NCBI RefSeq assembly: GCF_964213995.1
Contig: NC_135816.1
Span: 19,654,001-19,718,000 of the forward strand
From: Mustelus asterias
Taxonomy: Eukaryota
Length of the DNA stretch: 64,000 nucleotides
Direction: 5' to 3'
Shown: positions 50,601 through 64,000 of the stretch, piece after piece
How positions within the stretch are numbered: the first letter of the stretch is position 1
How the letters are laid out: the number at the start of each line of letters is the position of its first letter
The notes under the pieces: model-generated
The model's database searches: none
What the model saw: only the letters and a program-made list of their open reading frames with translations
What the model was told of the DNA's origin: nothing
Position numbers and translations under genes: made by a program

Positions 50601-51060
50601 TTTACGCTGCTCATCCCCCTGATACTATGGGACAATTTAACATGGCCAATCAACCTAACCTGCGCATCTTTGGAGTGTGGGAGGAAACTGGAGCATTCAG
50701 AGGAAACCCACGCAGACACGGGGAGAACGTACAAACTTCACACAGGCAGTGAATTGGGCCGGGAATCGAACCTAGGCCCCTTGCGCTGTGGGGCAGCAGT
50801 GCTAACCACTGTGACACCATGCTGCCCATTCCTGGTCGAGGAATCTGAAAAATAGAGGGGCACAGTCTCAGGATAAAGGGCCAAGGGTTGGGAAGTTTTG
50901 GAATTCTCCAGGGGATTGTGGATGTTCCATCGCTGAATACATTTAAGACAGATTTTTGGGATCTGGGGAGCAGGAAATGGAGTTGAAGCCCAAGATCAAC
51001 TATGGTCGTGTTGATTGGTGGAGTTTGCTCAATGAGCCATTTGGTTGACTGCTGCTCTTA
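47700..51060 (+). mobile_element. Cluster of old CR1-type LINE fragments with nested minus-strand SINEs (about 48490-48755 and 50518-50826)
   Basis: Decayed RT motifs (FIND...F-DD), endonuclease motifs (IETW, GNFN, SDHN) and 3'-end motifs. Confidence 0.65.
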
Positions 51061-51149
51061 TTTCTTGTATGTACTGAATTGGTTACAAACGGTTGCGTTT
51101 TACTTTAGCGCAAATAGTTTTAAATGTTTTGTATTCTCTACCTTAAGGA

Positions 51150-51298
51150 ATGGATGCCCCATATGATGGAGCGGAGATAACACTAGTAACAGAAGAAATT
51201 GAAGGCTGTTACAGCTGCACAAAAACCTTTCCACCCAAAAAGAAAAAAAAATGGAAAGAGCAAAGTGATGATGGAGGTAAAAAAGGGAAAAAGCCCAG
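51150..51298 (+). CDS. HMGXB3: HMG box domain-containing 3, first coding exon
   Basis: MDAPYDGAEITLVTEEIEGCYSCTKTFPPKKKKK...KKP matches the recalled MDASYDGTEVTVVMEEIE; 149 nt. Confidence 0.92.
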
Positions 51299-53759
51299 GT
51301 AAATAATTCTTTATCATGCAGAAGGTATAAAGTATCCACATTTGATCCAGTGGTGATGTCTCAGTCATCACATTTGTGCCATTAATGGATTAAATCTGTT
51401 GATCGGAGGCACTGTAGGAGCATATATTCTGTGTCGCGTTCCTGCAATTATGTGATTATTTGAATAGTTAGGATTCTTTGGAGACCTGTGCAACATACTA
51501 CTTTGATTAAGGTTATCATGTGCACATTTCTCTCTTCAATTTCATTATTGTCATGTATCGGTGCATGCATCAACGATTTGTTTTGCTTCAGTGACAGCCT
51601 GGTTCCAGATATAGCTAGCTTTAGCTTGATCCGTTTAGGCATTAAAAGCTCAGAAAGGCTGCTCTTCGAGTTGTGTCTTCAAAAATTATATATAATATTG
51701 GAGTATTCTAGTACTGTCCACGCTTTTAATTTTGCTTCATGATACTAGCAGACTGTTAAAAGACACTTGCGTATGGTGCTCCCAAATTCGGCTGACCTTA
51801 CAAAGCATTGGGAAATATTTGTGCTTTTCACTTGGGTGATCATGGATGTGATCAGTCTGGCATATATTCTATCGCCTTGAATTGGGACACTTCATACAGT
51901 TTAAAAGCAGAACTGAAGTCTTTTATCTTTAACAAATACTCTTTCTGAATCGGATCACGATAAACTGCTTAATTGTACAATTATTCCTTGAAATTGTCAT
52001 GCCTTTCTTTAAAGAAATCAGCCATCTGTGCCGTTCCCAGCACATTGCCTTGAGCAGAAATATGAAATGATATATTTTGAGAAGAAGAATAAGGAAATAG
52101 AAGCCAAAACTTTAAAATGATAGAGGAACCAGGAGACCTTGTGGCTCAGATATGCAAATGTTTTAATTGGAACGACAACCGGATGTGCTGTAAGCAAAGG
52201 AGCACGTGGGATCCAAGCAATGTAAGATATAACAGTAGTGAGGCAATGCTGAACTCTCCAAATATATTTAGGCTTTTGTTTAAATGTCCCATTTTGGGAA
52301 GATGTCATGGTCCTGGAGAGGTTGTAAAAGAGACCAAGATAAAAGCAAAATACTGCAGATGCTGGAATCTGAAACAAAAACTGAAAATGCTAAAAAATCT
52401 CAGCAGGTCTGACAACATCTGTGGAGAGAGAATAGAGCCAACACTTCGAGTCTCAAATTTTCCTATTTGAGAAAAAATAATGGACCAGTTCTCCCAATGT
52501 CAACAGAGGTGAATGCTGAGGTGTCTGCATTGTTGTGCTTTAGGACCCATCAGAAATTAAGACATGCTTGCCCTGGAAGTTTAAACTTTGGATGAGCTGT
52601 TTTGCATTGTCCTAGACCTCCATGAATGTCTTTAACGGTGATCTTGGTGTCAGACACTAGACACTTGCTACTTATCTGGATTCTTACCCTTGAATTGGTG
52701 CACTGTTTAATCTCAGGTGCAACTCGATAATTAACAGTGTAACTCAAACCCAGAGCTGACTGTCACATCCAGAATCCCTGTCCACTCACTCGCCCACAGT
52801 TATGGGTGATCGACCCAATTGGTGAATCGGTAATGAGAGGGCATAAGCTTTTAAGATCATTAAAAGAACAAAATGATGTTAGGAGAATTTTCTTTTACCC
52901 AGGGCATTGTTTAGATGTGGAATAGGCTATCTGAACCATTGAAATTGAATCCATAATAACTTATAACGAGAGGGGTAAGCAGGGTAATGAGACTGAGTAG
53001 CTAGTTCTTTCAGTGAGCCAGCACAGGAACGATAAGTTGACTAGGCTGGATTTTATATTGAAAAATTCTATAAATCACAGACTTGAGTGGGATATATCAG
53101 TATTTTGTTTGACAAAATAGCAATGCACGTGGAGCTTTATAGTACATTCTGATTTGATAGTCATTAGTGAAGCTGACCATATGCAACATGCATTTAGGAA
53201 AATCTTCATACCTTACATTTTTTTGCCCTAACCCAACTTCATCTTTATTCAGAAGTCTTGTGGCTGTTATCACCTGGCAAATTTACCTAGTAAGCAGCTA
53301 ATCTATAGAAACCATTAAAATACCAAGGTCAACCCATGGTCCACTGATTAAGTGAATTTCAGCTGAGTCAGCGATAGTTCTTTACAATTAGAGGAGAAAC
53401 AAGTCAACCAAGAATGACAGAAGTCAGGACAAGGAAAAGGCATTTTGACCCATGAAAGAGAAGTTTTAAAAATGCATTTGTATTTTTGATGAATGGTCTT
53501 AGTTTAAATAGTATTTTAAAATTTGATTGGATCCCAAAATTCGTAGTGGGTGTAACTGACTTTCACCCAACAATTACAGCTTGTGCAACACATTTAATGT
53601 CATGAAATGGCCTGAGGCACTGCAAAAGAGCATTATAAAACAAAATATAATACTGATTCACATAAGGAGATGTTAGGTCAGATGACCAAAAGCTAGTCAA
53701 AGAGAGAAGTCTTAAAGAGTATATTAAGGGAGGAAAAACATGGTAGAAAGGCAGAGAAG

Positions 53760-54690
53760 TGTACAAAGAACAGTACAGCACAGGAACAGGCCCTTCAGCC
53801 CTCCAAGCCTGTGCCGATCACATTTACCTATCTAAACCAACGGCTTATATCCCTCTATTTCCCATTTCATATGCCTATCATGATAAGTCTTAAATGTGGC
53901 TAACGCAACTGCCTCAACCACCTCACTTGGAAGAGCATTCCAGGTCCCACCACCCTCTGTGTAAAAAAAGCTTCATCATCTCCACTGAACCTTTCCCCCC
54001 GTATCTTGAACATGTGCCCCCTTGTAATTGTCATTTCTGCCCTGGGAAAAAGTTTCCAATTGTTCTCCCTGGAACGACGGAGGCTGAGGGGCGACCTGAT
54101 AGAAGTTTATAAAATTATGAGAGGTTATAAACTTCTGTCAGAGCGCCCTCAGCCTCTGTCTTTCCAGGGAGAACAAACCCAGTTTATTCAATCTCTCCTC
54201 ATAGCTAATACCCACCATACCAGGCAACAACCTGGTAAACCTTTTCTGCACTCTCTCCAAAGCCTCCATATCCTTCTGGTAGTGTGGTGACCAGAATTGG
54301 ACACAGTGTTCCAAATGTGGCCCAATCAACGTTTTATACAACTGTAACATAATTTGCCAACTTTTATATTCGATGCCCCGTCGGATGAAGGCAAGCAGGC
54401 CATTTGCTTTCTTCACGACCTTTTCCACCTGTGCTGTCTCTTTTAAGGATCTGTACTCCCAGGCCTCTCTGTGTCCATGCTCCTGATGGTTCTGCCATTT
54501 ATTTTATAGCTCCCGCCTGAATTGGATCTACCAAAATGCATCACCTCACATTTGTCTGAATTAAATTCCATTTGGCATTTCTACGCCCAATTTTCCAGTT
54601 TATCAATATCCTGCTGTATTCTCTGACAATCTTCATCATTATCCGCAACTCCGCCAATCTTAGTATCATCCGCAAACTTGCTAATCAAAT
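53760..54690 (-). mobile_element. CR1 3' fragment with an internal fold-back
   Basis: ORF 54138-54428 (LEHCVQFWSP), with FADDTK near 54660-54678. Confidence 0.85.
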
Positions 54691-55844
54691 CAGCTAAGTG
54701 TAGGAAGGGTATTCCAGAGCTTGGGGCCTAGGTAGCTGAAGAGATAGGCATCGATATTTGAGTGATTGAAATAAGGATTGCACTAGGGGCCAGGTTTAGA
54801 GAAACGTTGGTATCTCAGAGGGTTGTGATGCAGGAACAAACTGCAGAGATAACGGAGGGTGAGGCTGTGGAGGGATTTGAAAATAAGGATGAGAATTTTA
54901 AAATCAAACTTTTGCTTAACCAGGTGACAATGTAGGTCAAAGCACGGGTGATATGGAAATGGAACTTGCTGTGAGTTAAGACATGGACAATTTGATGACC
55001 TCATATTTATGGAGGATAGGACATGGGAGACCAGCAAAGAGTAGTATTGGAGCAGTAAAGTCTAGAAATAACAATGGCATGAATAAAGGTTTCAGTAGCA
55101 GATGAGCTGAGACGGGCAAAGTTGGGCAATGTTCCATAGTTAGATTTGAGGAATGAAGCTCATCTTTGGATCAAATGTGACACCATGTCTGCGAAGAGAC
55201 TGACTTAATCTCAGACTGTTGCTAGTGAGTGGTAACTAGAGACTAGAGTTTGGAGGGTGGAATGAGAAAGCTTAAAGGAAGTAACTGTTCATCTCATATT
55301 GGATATCAAATAAGCCATCTGATAATTTAGCAATAGCAGGAGGAAGCAAGAGAGGTTATAGGGAAGTAGAGTTGAATTTTGTTAGCATACATGTAAAATC
55401 TAAAGCTGTGTCTTCAAATAGTGTCGCCAAAGGGCAGCATTTAGATGAAAATTAGCAGAGGGCTAAGGATTGAACTTTGGGGGACATGATAGACAACAGG
55501 AAGAGATGCTATTGCAAATGAAGCACTGATTATGACATAACCCAAGATGTGCGGGTTAGGTGGATTGGCCATACTAAATTGCCCCTTAATGTCAGGGTGA
55601 TTAGCTAGGGTAAATGCATGGGGTCATGGGGATAGGGCCTGAATGGGATTGTGGCTGGTGCAGCCTCGATGGGCCGAATGGCCTCCTTCTGCACTGTAAG
55701 ATTCTATTCTAGGATTCTATGATTGGTAAGAATGAAACCAATCATTGTAATGACAACAATTTTACCAAATTTCTCTTTTTTGTTAATTTTCATGCAGCTG
55801 ATATAGTATTGTGCTTTAAATTGTTGTTTGTTTGTTTGTTTCAG

Positions 55845-56019
55845 GCCAGCATATTTACTGTACTATTATGATACTCATTTAAAAGTACAACAAGACTTTC
55901 CGAATTTGCCCCGGTCTGAGATAAACAAGAAAATCAGTGAAAGTTGGAGGCGGCTCAGCGTTGCTGAAAAGGGCATTTACCTTGAAAAGGCAAAACTGGA
56001 AAAAGAAGGAATAGATCCG
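55845..56019 (+). CDS. HMGXB3: HMGXB3 HMG-box exon
   Basis: RPAYLLYYYDTHLKVQQDFPNLPRSEINKKISESWRRLSVAEKGIYLEKAKLEKEGIDP; 175 nt. Confidence 0.95.
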
Positions 56020-57030
56020 GTAAAAACTTTCTCTTCTCGCTACAATAGATAGATCTGCAGGTTAAAATATTTTTCTGCTCTGCCCTTAATAAGATCCCTT
56101 ATTAAACCCCTTCTGAGTAGTCAGGCAGTCATTCAGCCCCCAGTGGTATTACAATGTGTCAGAGTAAGCAGCAATGATTTGTATTTTTATATATCTTTCT
56201 CTTTCATAGACAAATGGAATGAATAAGTTATGTAATGCTGGGGGAATGTGGGAGGAAGGGACAAGTGAGTGGCCAAAGATAGCCTGGTCAGTTATCAATG
56301 CCTCAATTGGAAAGATCAGGAGGAATCATGAGATTGAGGGGGTAGCTGCGGTTTGGGGAGTTTCTGTGGAGGGTCAATTATGAATGAGTGGGAGCACAAA
56401 GAAATCATAGGGAAATTAAGGGTATCCAGTTGTACTATTGAAGTCACTAAGTTGATGGAGTCTCCTGTTGCAGAGGATAGAGGAGATTTCAGTGACGAAC
56501 ATGACCTTTGAGAGGGCAGAGCACAAATATTTACAGTGGGGCTGGATTAACTGGATTGTATTTGTCCATATTAAAAGCTATATCTGGATTCACTTTGCAG
56601 AGATTTATTTTAACGGTTTATCATTGTGCTGGTATCATACATCAGCAACATAAAGTATTGGATGTCTTCATCAGTCCTTAAAGCAGAAATGATCCCGAAT
56701 ATGTCTGTTTCTTATTAAAATAAGCTGTATCTAATTAAAGAAAAATAACACTGGAGTTCTCAAGACTTTTGTCTTGGGTTGAAAGAACGACATATTATTT
56801 AGCCTTCAGTTTGCTTGATATCATCTGAGCCTCTAATTTTGATGCTTAACTTGCAAGTGATTGCTCTTAAGTACCATTTTTCAGCTGCACTCTTAAACAT
56901 GCTATGGGCATTAGGATAATTTATTTCCAGCAAAATTGGAGACCCTGCCTCTTTATATTGGTTTTTGAATTTAACCACAATGCTATATAAATGAATCACG
57001 CTCACATTTTATTATTTTCTCTTTCCACAG

Positions 57031-57663
57031 AGTGATAAGCTAATTAGCGCATCGTCTGGTGTCCCTCCGGCTGATATTCCAGGATTCCGCAAAATTCTTC
57101 CTCGTTCCAGCTATATTATAATTCCCACTTCTAATTTATCTGGAGATGGAAATGGTCAGCAGCTGGCACAGTCTCCCACAGCGAGGGGTGGTGAAGGCAA
57201 TGCCACCTGGCAGACTGTTACCCATGACACTATACAAAGCCTCTTTACAGTCAGTAGTACGCTTACAGACTCTGGCCATATTGATAGTACTGAGGAGAGC
57301 ATCGCTATTGATGGAATTACTGACGAAGCTTTCATTCACACTGAAACAATGCAGGAGATTGTTACATCAGAGATGCTATCTCAATTTTCCAATTCTGGAG
57401 ATGATAAAGTGGCAGGAGAACTGACCACCAGTGAGACTTCGTTAGAATTTACACATCCTTTTGACTCCCCTTGTGTTGTTATTGAAGGAACCTTGATAAA
57501 TGCAGCCAGTGACGCCTTAGAAAGTGTTGGCACCTGCACCAGCCAGCAAACTGTGGAGGCTAATTCTGTGATCGCAGTATTATCAAATCAGAGCAAGCCA
57601 AGAGGAGGTCTCACTTCTCCTCATAAAGCTCTCGGACAGACTCTTGGTATTGATAACAAACAG
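57031..57663 (+). CDS. HMGXB3: HMGXB3 coding exon 3
   Basis: ccacag|...DIPGFRKILPRSSYIIIP..., open for 633 nt to CAG|gtagga. Confidence 0.88.
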
Positions 57664-58544
57664 GTAGGAAACTGAATTTGATTTTCCCACTCCTCGCATC
57701 TCAAATAATGCACTGAGATTGCTAACCGATGTTTTTAGATTGAAAGTGAGCCGTAGGTATGAGGACCAAGCAATGATGTCGAGGCACTTTGCAAAGAAAG
57801 TATAAAACAAAATATAACACCGATGCGCAATAGCAGCAATGTGTACCAACGAGAAGATAAACTGCAGAAACTCGCCAAAGCTCCTTCGATAACACCTTCC
57901 CATAGCCACTACCATCTAGATTTAGGACAAGGGCAGCAGATACATGAGATCCCCTCCAAGCTTCTCACTGTCTTGACTTGGCAATACATTGCCGTTCCTT
58001 CACTATTGCTGGGTCAAAATCCTGGGGATCCCCCCCCATAACAGCACTGCGGGTGTACCTACACCAAATGAACTGCAGCACTTCATGAAGGCCGCTCACC
58101 ACCACTTCCTAAATGGCAGTTAAGGATTGCCAACAAATGCTGGCCTAGTCTATAAATGCTGGTTTAGTCAAGGCTAAGGGCCAAGTGCTGGTAAATAGGA
58201 TTAGGTTAGAGGTCAGGCATTTCTCGCCTGTTGGTGCAGGCTCGATGGGCTGAAGAGTCTCTCCTGAGTCTAGTCAGCGAATCCCACATCCCTTGAAAGA
58301 ATGTTAAAATAAAACAAGCCACTTCAGGTGTTATTAGAGCAAATGACAAAAAGCTTGATTGAAGAGGTAGGTTTCAAGAACTGCCTTGATGGAGGAAAGG
58401 GCTAAAAGGCACAGGTTTATGGAGGGAATTCCAGAACCTTGTGCTTGAACAGCTGAAAGCACAGTCATCCATGGTAAGGCAATTAAAATGATCACCTTGG
58501 AGAGTTGTGTGTCTGGAGAAGATTACAGAGATAGGGTGGGGAAA

Positions 58545-58882
58545 TCATAGAATCTCTATCATGTGGAAGGAAACCATTTGACCCTTCGAGTCTGTCCCTG
58601 ATTCTCTGAAAGAGCATCTCACACAGGCCCACTTCCCTGTCCTATCCCCGTAACCCCGCACATTTCCCATGGCTAACACACCTCATCTCCATATCTATGG
58701 ACACTAAACGGCAATTTAGCATGGCCAATGTACCTAACCTGCACATCTTTGGACTGTGGGAGGGAACTGGAGCACCCAGAGGAAACTCACGCAGACGTGG
58801 CAGAATGTGCACAGTCCACACAGTCACCCACGGTCGGAATTGAACCCAGGTCCCTGGCGCTGAGCGGCAACAGTGCTAACCA
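58545..58882 (-). mobile_element. HE1-like SINE
   Basis: SINE head, core and tail on the minus strand. Confidence 0.8.
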
Positions 58883-60013
58883 TCATGGAGGAGTTTGACA
58901 ACAAAAATGAATAAAACTCAGCTATTGCTTAACAGAGAGCAAGGATAGGCCAGCAAGCATGGGCAATGGATGAACGGGATTTGGTGTGAATTAGGACATC
59001 AAAACTTTGGATGACCTCAAGTTTAATAGAGGGCTAAAAGTGCATTGGAATAATCAGGTTTAGTACCAAAGACATTATCAGAGAGGGAGCCTTAGTGATA
59101 TGTGGGTGAAAGCCATCTGTGAGCCAGATATGCCACCATGATTATGAGAACAGCCTTAGACAGTTGCCAGAGCGGGGAATGGAACAGAGCTTGAGTAGGG
59201 ATAAAGGCAATGGCTGCGATATGCCTCGTATTTAGTCAAAGGAAATATCTGTTTATTTAATACTGGATGTTGGACAAGCAGTGTGCCTGCCAATTGAGAG
59301 ACAGTGGTGAGAAAGGTCGGAGTTGGTCAGTGTACATGTGGAAATTGATGCAATGTTGGATGATGTCATTGCACCCGAGGTTTTATGATTAACTTTGAGA
59401 GAATTTTCCAAAAAACATTCTTGCACAGTTCTTTTTGTGCGACTGGGTTGCACCTACAATTGGTTGTTGCATTTTCCTACAATGTAACAGTGACTTCACT
59501 TAACAAGTGCTTCAGTGGTTGTCAAGCGCATTGGAATGTCCTGAACTCATTAAAAGGTGCTGAATGAATGGAAGATTTGTCTTTTCACGTAAATTCTTAT
59601 TTTCAGATAGCCGAAGTGGCAGGATAGCATATGTGTTTGATGGACTTTCCTGCACCTTTTTACCCTTCATTTTCTAGAACATGCAGGGTTGGAATTTATT
59701 TACCGGTACAGAAAATTGATCCTCAGTTCTTTAGCGGAGTGAATTGGGGCTCAGAGAAGTACATGTGACATCAGTACCGCATATTTTGGCATAATTTGTG
59801 CTGCAGGCACATTGCTAGACCAGAATTTAGAAAGGGAAACTATGGGGATTTTAAAGGTTTGTGAGCCAAATTCAGAAAGAAACCTTTTTAAATGGTCTAC
59901 TTCCCCAAAAAGAGCATGAATGTTTGATGAAAATTAGTGAAGTATAATTTTAACAATCCTTGTTTCTATGCCTTCACAAAGAAATGACAGCATGAATTAA
60001 TTTTCTTCTTTAG

Positions 60014-60103
60014 GACTTGGGCGAAAATGTTCCAGCATCAACCACCCAGTTCCTAATGTTACCATTAACGAGCAAACAATCATCAACAGCTCCAGCGAAA
60101 AAG
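60014..60103 (+). CDS. HMGXB3: HMGXB3 coding exon 4
   Basis: ctttag|DLGENVPASTTQFLMLPL...AKK|gtcaga; 90 nt, phase 0. Confidence 0.75.
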
Positions 60104-61973
60104 GTCAGAAATTGAATTAACCTGCAGCTTGGTTTGACAATATTTAAATACAAAGTCTGTAATGAACTTTGCCAGATCATCCTTTTATATTTTCCGATTT
60201 TTAAAGTACAGTTTCTCTTGTGACAGCAGCCTCTGTCAATGCATGTTGTTCCTTTTACCACTGGGAAACTGTTACACTGCATTTAAATGATCTGCCCTTG
60301 TTTGTGTTTACTGGTATAAGCATCTTGTGACATAGCTATCAGATGTCACTTAACTGAGATTACACTCAGACTAGGATATTAGTTTGTTGTACATTTATAG
60401 AGAATATCTAAATGCAGCTACAACTAGAAAATTCTAATGGGCTAGTTTTTCTTGTTAATTTATATATAATTACATAGAATATGCAGCTCAGAAACAGGCC
60501 ACTTATTCTGTGCCTGTTGATGTTTGGCACAACCCACCTTCAATTCCATTTGCCTCATCTCATCCTTTCAACATATTCCCATTTCCCGTGTTCATTAATC
60601 TTGTTTCCTTTTGAAAGTATCAAAGCTATTTGTCTTGCACCAATTCCTGTGGTTGTGACTTGTACATTGGAACAAATGTTTGTGCTGCATTTCATTTTCC
60701 TCTGTTTCTAGTACCTTTAGTATCTGTGTATTCATTCCAATTTTTAAATGAAGTGTATAATGTAAAAACATGGCATTTAAAATCCTTTTTCTAAACATAT
60801 ACCTTAACCAAAACAAAGCAATTGAATTGAAACAACTGCTTTTTTCTTAACCCTGTGAGGCGTAGCTATTCTACAAAATCGTAACCATATGTCCTTCCCA
60901 GATAAAAAATAAATAATAACTCCTGGTAGCATATCAGCACGACAGATGCTTGTCGGTGGATTCAGCATCCTTTTATTCAAACACATATATCCTATTTTTA
61001 AAAATCTCTGTGCTCCTTGATTTGTGAGATTAAGGAAAAGTATATGTTTGACAATGACTTTCAGTGTTACAAAGTCATCTAAAGGGGTCATTTATAATGC
61101 AGTTTTCAGTACATTTACTCTTCTTGGTCCATACTTGGTGTAAACAGCTTCACTGTGGGGAAAGGACACCAGCTTGTGATTTAAAAAAAATAATACTTCT
61201 GATGACAGTTCAACGTCCGAAATACAATTTGTCCGTTCGGTCCCCAAAAACTGACTGACATGCTGAGCATTTCTAATATTTTCTGGGGTTTTTTCTGATT
61301 TTAGTCTGTAGAGTTTTCTGCTCTGATTTATTTTCTCAGCATATAGTTTGTGGTTCAGTATGACTAGAAACATGGTTATTGAGTTGTAAGCAGAATCAGA
61401 GAATGGTTACAGCCCAGAAAGAGGATGTTCAGCCCATTGTGTCTGTGCTAGCTCTCAGCAAGAGCCACTCCCCAGCTCCTCATTGTAGTCCTGCATATTT
61501 TTCCTTGTCAGATAATAGTCTGATTCCCTTTGCAGATAATCTAATTCCCTTTTGAATACTGTGATTGAACCTATTGGAAGACAAATACTTTTGGGAAAAT
61601 GCTGTGTTAAAGACTGAATCATTCCAAGGCAGACAACTGTCTTGAAAATTCAATTTGTAAAGAATTTCACAGTCTGAGTCTATTTTTTTTCTGTTTTTTC
61701 TTCTTGTTACCAGAATTAGTATTGTCGCAAGGTGGATGTAACTAATTTGTTCAACAAGCTATAGGGAGATAACATATTTAAGTAAATATATATTCATGTG
61801 CAATCATACGCACAACTTTGTTTAGAAAAAAGCTTACATAGAGCAGGAATGAGACTTCCAGTCGCCCTGTGGCACAACACATTTATTTTTGCATTTGGAA
61901 ATGTCCTAAGGAAGTTGCTGTGAATGTTTGAAACTATTAATCGTGTTTTCAAATCCTCTTTTGTTTTGTGCAG

Positions 61974-62120
61974 TCCATCTTTGCCCAGAAGACAACCTAC
62001 ACACGAAGAGGCCGTGGCAGTTGTCCTAATCCAAGCTGTTTATTTACCTATGTGACGAGGCACAAGCCCCCACAGTGTCCAAATTGTGGAAAGTGGCTGG
62101 GAGGGAAATGGATTCCAAAG
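61974..62120 (+). CDS. HMGXB3: HMGXB3 coding exon 5 (Cys-rich)
   Basis: TTYTRRGRGSCPNPSCLFTYVTRHKPPQCPNCGKWLGGKWIPK|gtaatt. The gene continues beyond the window. Confidence 0.92.
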
Positions 62121-62394
62121 GTAATTTAGTAATATATTTGACAATGGTTAAATCTAGTTTTACTCACAACAGAGACATTAGGAACATCTGGGAGTAAACA
62201 AAAGCTGACTTCAATGAAAATGGCCATCTTTGAAGCTGAACTGTGGTAACCTTTTAGTAAACCAGAAGTTTCCTTATATATGATGAACTTGGATTAATTG
62301 TTTAGGCTAAAGATGAGAGAATTCGTGAAGTATGAACATCTTGTTGCTTCATCATAAATTTCTCTCCAGCTCTGAGCATTCATTCATTTAAGAT

Positions 62395-63166
62395 CAGGTT
62401 TATCCAACCTTTTCGCATGGGGATCCAGATTTCCATTTATTTGTTACTCAATGGGCCAACAAACAGATTTCTGAAATTTAAGGTTTGGCACAATATTAAA
62501 CATGAATTTCAAAAATTGTTAAGGTCTGGAGAATAGAAACAACTTGAAGAGCAAAAACAAAGCAATGTCACAAACACATTGTCTCTCTCCCTACTCCTCA
62601 CTCTACCTCTCTCTCTCCCTCGCTCACACTACCTTTCTCTCCCTCCACTCACACACAAACTTTCTCTCTACCTCTCTCTCTCTACCTCTCCACCTCCTTC
62701 CCACAGCCTCTCTCTCCCATGGGCCCCTCAGCCCCCTCTTTCTCTCCCTCAGGCCCCATACCCTCTTCTCTCTCCCACGAGCCCCCAACCCCTGCCCCTC
62801 AACCTCATCCACCCACTTCCCCTCCTCCCAGCCTCTCCTCTCTCCCCACATGCCCTGCGGGATTTTTCTCTTTTTCAAGCACCCAGCAGCCTTCTCGATC
62901 TGACTCCATCTTTGAAATCCACTCTTTCTTCCTGAGTACACTCACTGACATTGGTATTCGCTGATCCTCCAATCACAGACAGTTTCTTTCCCACATTGAT
63001 GCTGATTAGCTCACCAGTATGGAGAAATGAGACAGGAATCAATGATTGTAGTAGCAGCGCCTTTGAGAATCATCCACTCCACTTACCTGCATTTTGAAAA
63101 TAATCTCCCTGGGCCACATTGAGAGGCTTTGCAGGCTGCATCCGGGCTGTGGTTTGGACAAGCTTG
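62395..63166. mobile_element. Probable hAT/Charlie-type non-autonomous DNA transposon with an internal CT-rich tract
   Basis: Terminal inverted repeats caggtttatccaa / ttggacaagcttg and an imperfect 8-bp TSD tttaagat / ctttagat. Confidence 0.55.
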
Positions 63167-63431
63167 CTTTAGATAATTGTAAAGTTTACCTGGAGTACTT
63201 TTCTTTAAGAGACAGCTATGTCTCCCTGTGGTTCATCCTCTGTGATTGTTAATTCACCAGAGTGTGATGGGGTGATGGAGAAAACACCTCCTAAAGCATT
63301 TGATACTTGTACTTTTACTAAACTTCTAAAAATGCTTTGAGATGAAGCTGATGCATTGTTTAAATAACTTGTATTTTTAAGAAATCCTGATGTGGACTAT
63401 CAGAGTTTTGATTTTGTTTTGTTTATGACAG

Positions 63432-63491
63432 GGCAAGGATGTGCAGGTCTTAAATGTACGTGTGGAATGTAACCAAGAGAAGCAAAGCAAG
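63432..63491 (+). CDS. Possible small HMGXB3 exon
   Basis: Pyrimidine tract + acag|GKDVQVLNVRVECNQEKQSK|gt, phase 0. No recognisable homology. Confidence 0.3.
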
Positions 63492-64000
63492 GTATATTGC
63501 AAGGTGTATTTATCATCCTGTTTCTCATCAAAATGTTTTATTTTTTTTTCCTACCAAGATTGTTTGTGTAAATGTGATTATTTCAAATTCAGGAATTCGT
63601 AACTAGCAGCTGAACCATTTTCAGTTTTCAAATTCCACACTTGCACACATCAGTGAAACTTTTGATATTGATCACTCGTGGCAATGGGAGGTTGTAAGAT
63701 TGAATGACTCAAATGTACTGAGTTCAAAAACTTATCATCGTTTAAAGGATTTGGGAACTTTTGAACACAAAATGGAGGAACCCTTTCTAACTTTGTGTGG
63801 CTTTAAAAGGAAATTTCATACTCTTGGAACTGTTTGCTCTTAAATTTAAATAGAATCACGATCAGTTTTAATATCCTTTTGTGCTTCAGTGCCAGAGCGA
63901 AGAACAGCTTGAAGATTAATTTCCCTGTTTAAAAAAAAACCAGCCAAGTAGCTTTTATGTGCCAAGCTGTTCTGAAGTCTCAACATTTCCATTGTAGTTA

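Noticed and set aside
62544-62964. Several ORFs rich in Leu/Ser/Pro or Arg/Glu/Gly
   Set aside because: They come from a low-complexity CT tract inside a probable hAT element.

Overview
Repeat-rich vertebrate genomic DNA, most likely a shark or other cartilaginous fish, judged from the many HE1-like tRNA-derived SINEs with CR1, Rex1, RTE and Penelope elements. Four spliced protein genes lie in tandem on the + strand. They are NUDCD2 (4 coding exons, 157 aa), SRA1 (5 exons, 217 aa), a complete but divergent SPCS3-like signal peptidase subunit (5 exons, 177 aa, with a U12 AT-AC intron), and the 5' part of HMGXB3. A probable first exon of an unidentified minus-strand gene sits in the CpG island at about 1.4-1.95 kb. 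The main points of interest are the SPCS3-like gene in a human-5q-type neighbourhood (candidate retained ohnologue), Penelope-derived palindromic elements carrying minimal hammerhead ribozyme cores (one is a 408-bp-arm hairpin in SRA1 intron 1), and a decayed gag/env LTR element lacking pol. Exon coordinates were read by hand from splice sites and reading-frame phase. Homology calls come from recalled protein sequences, not from a database search. Repeat boundaries are approximate unless a target-site duplication (TSD) is given.
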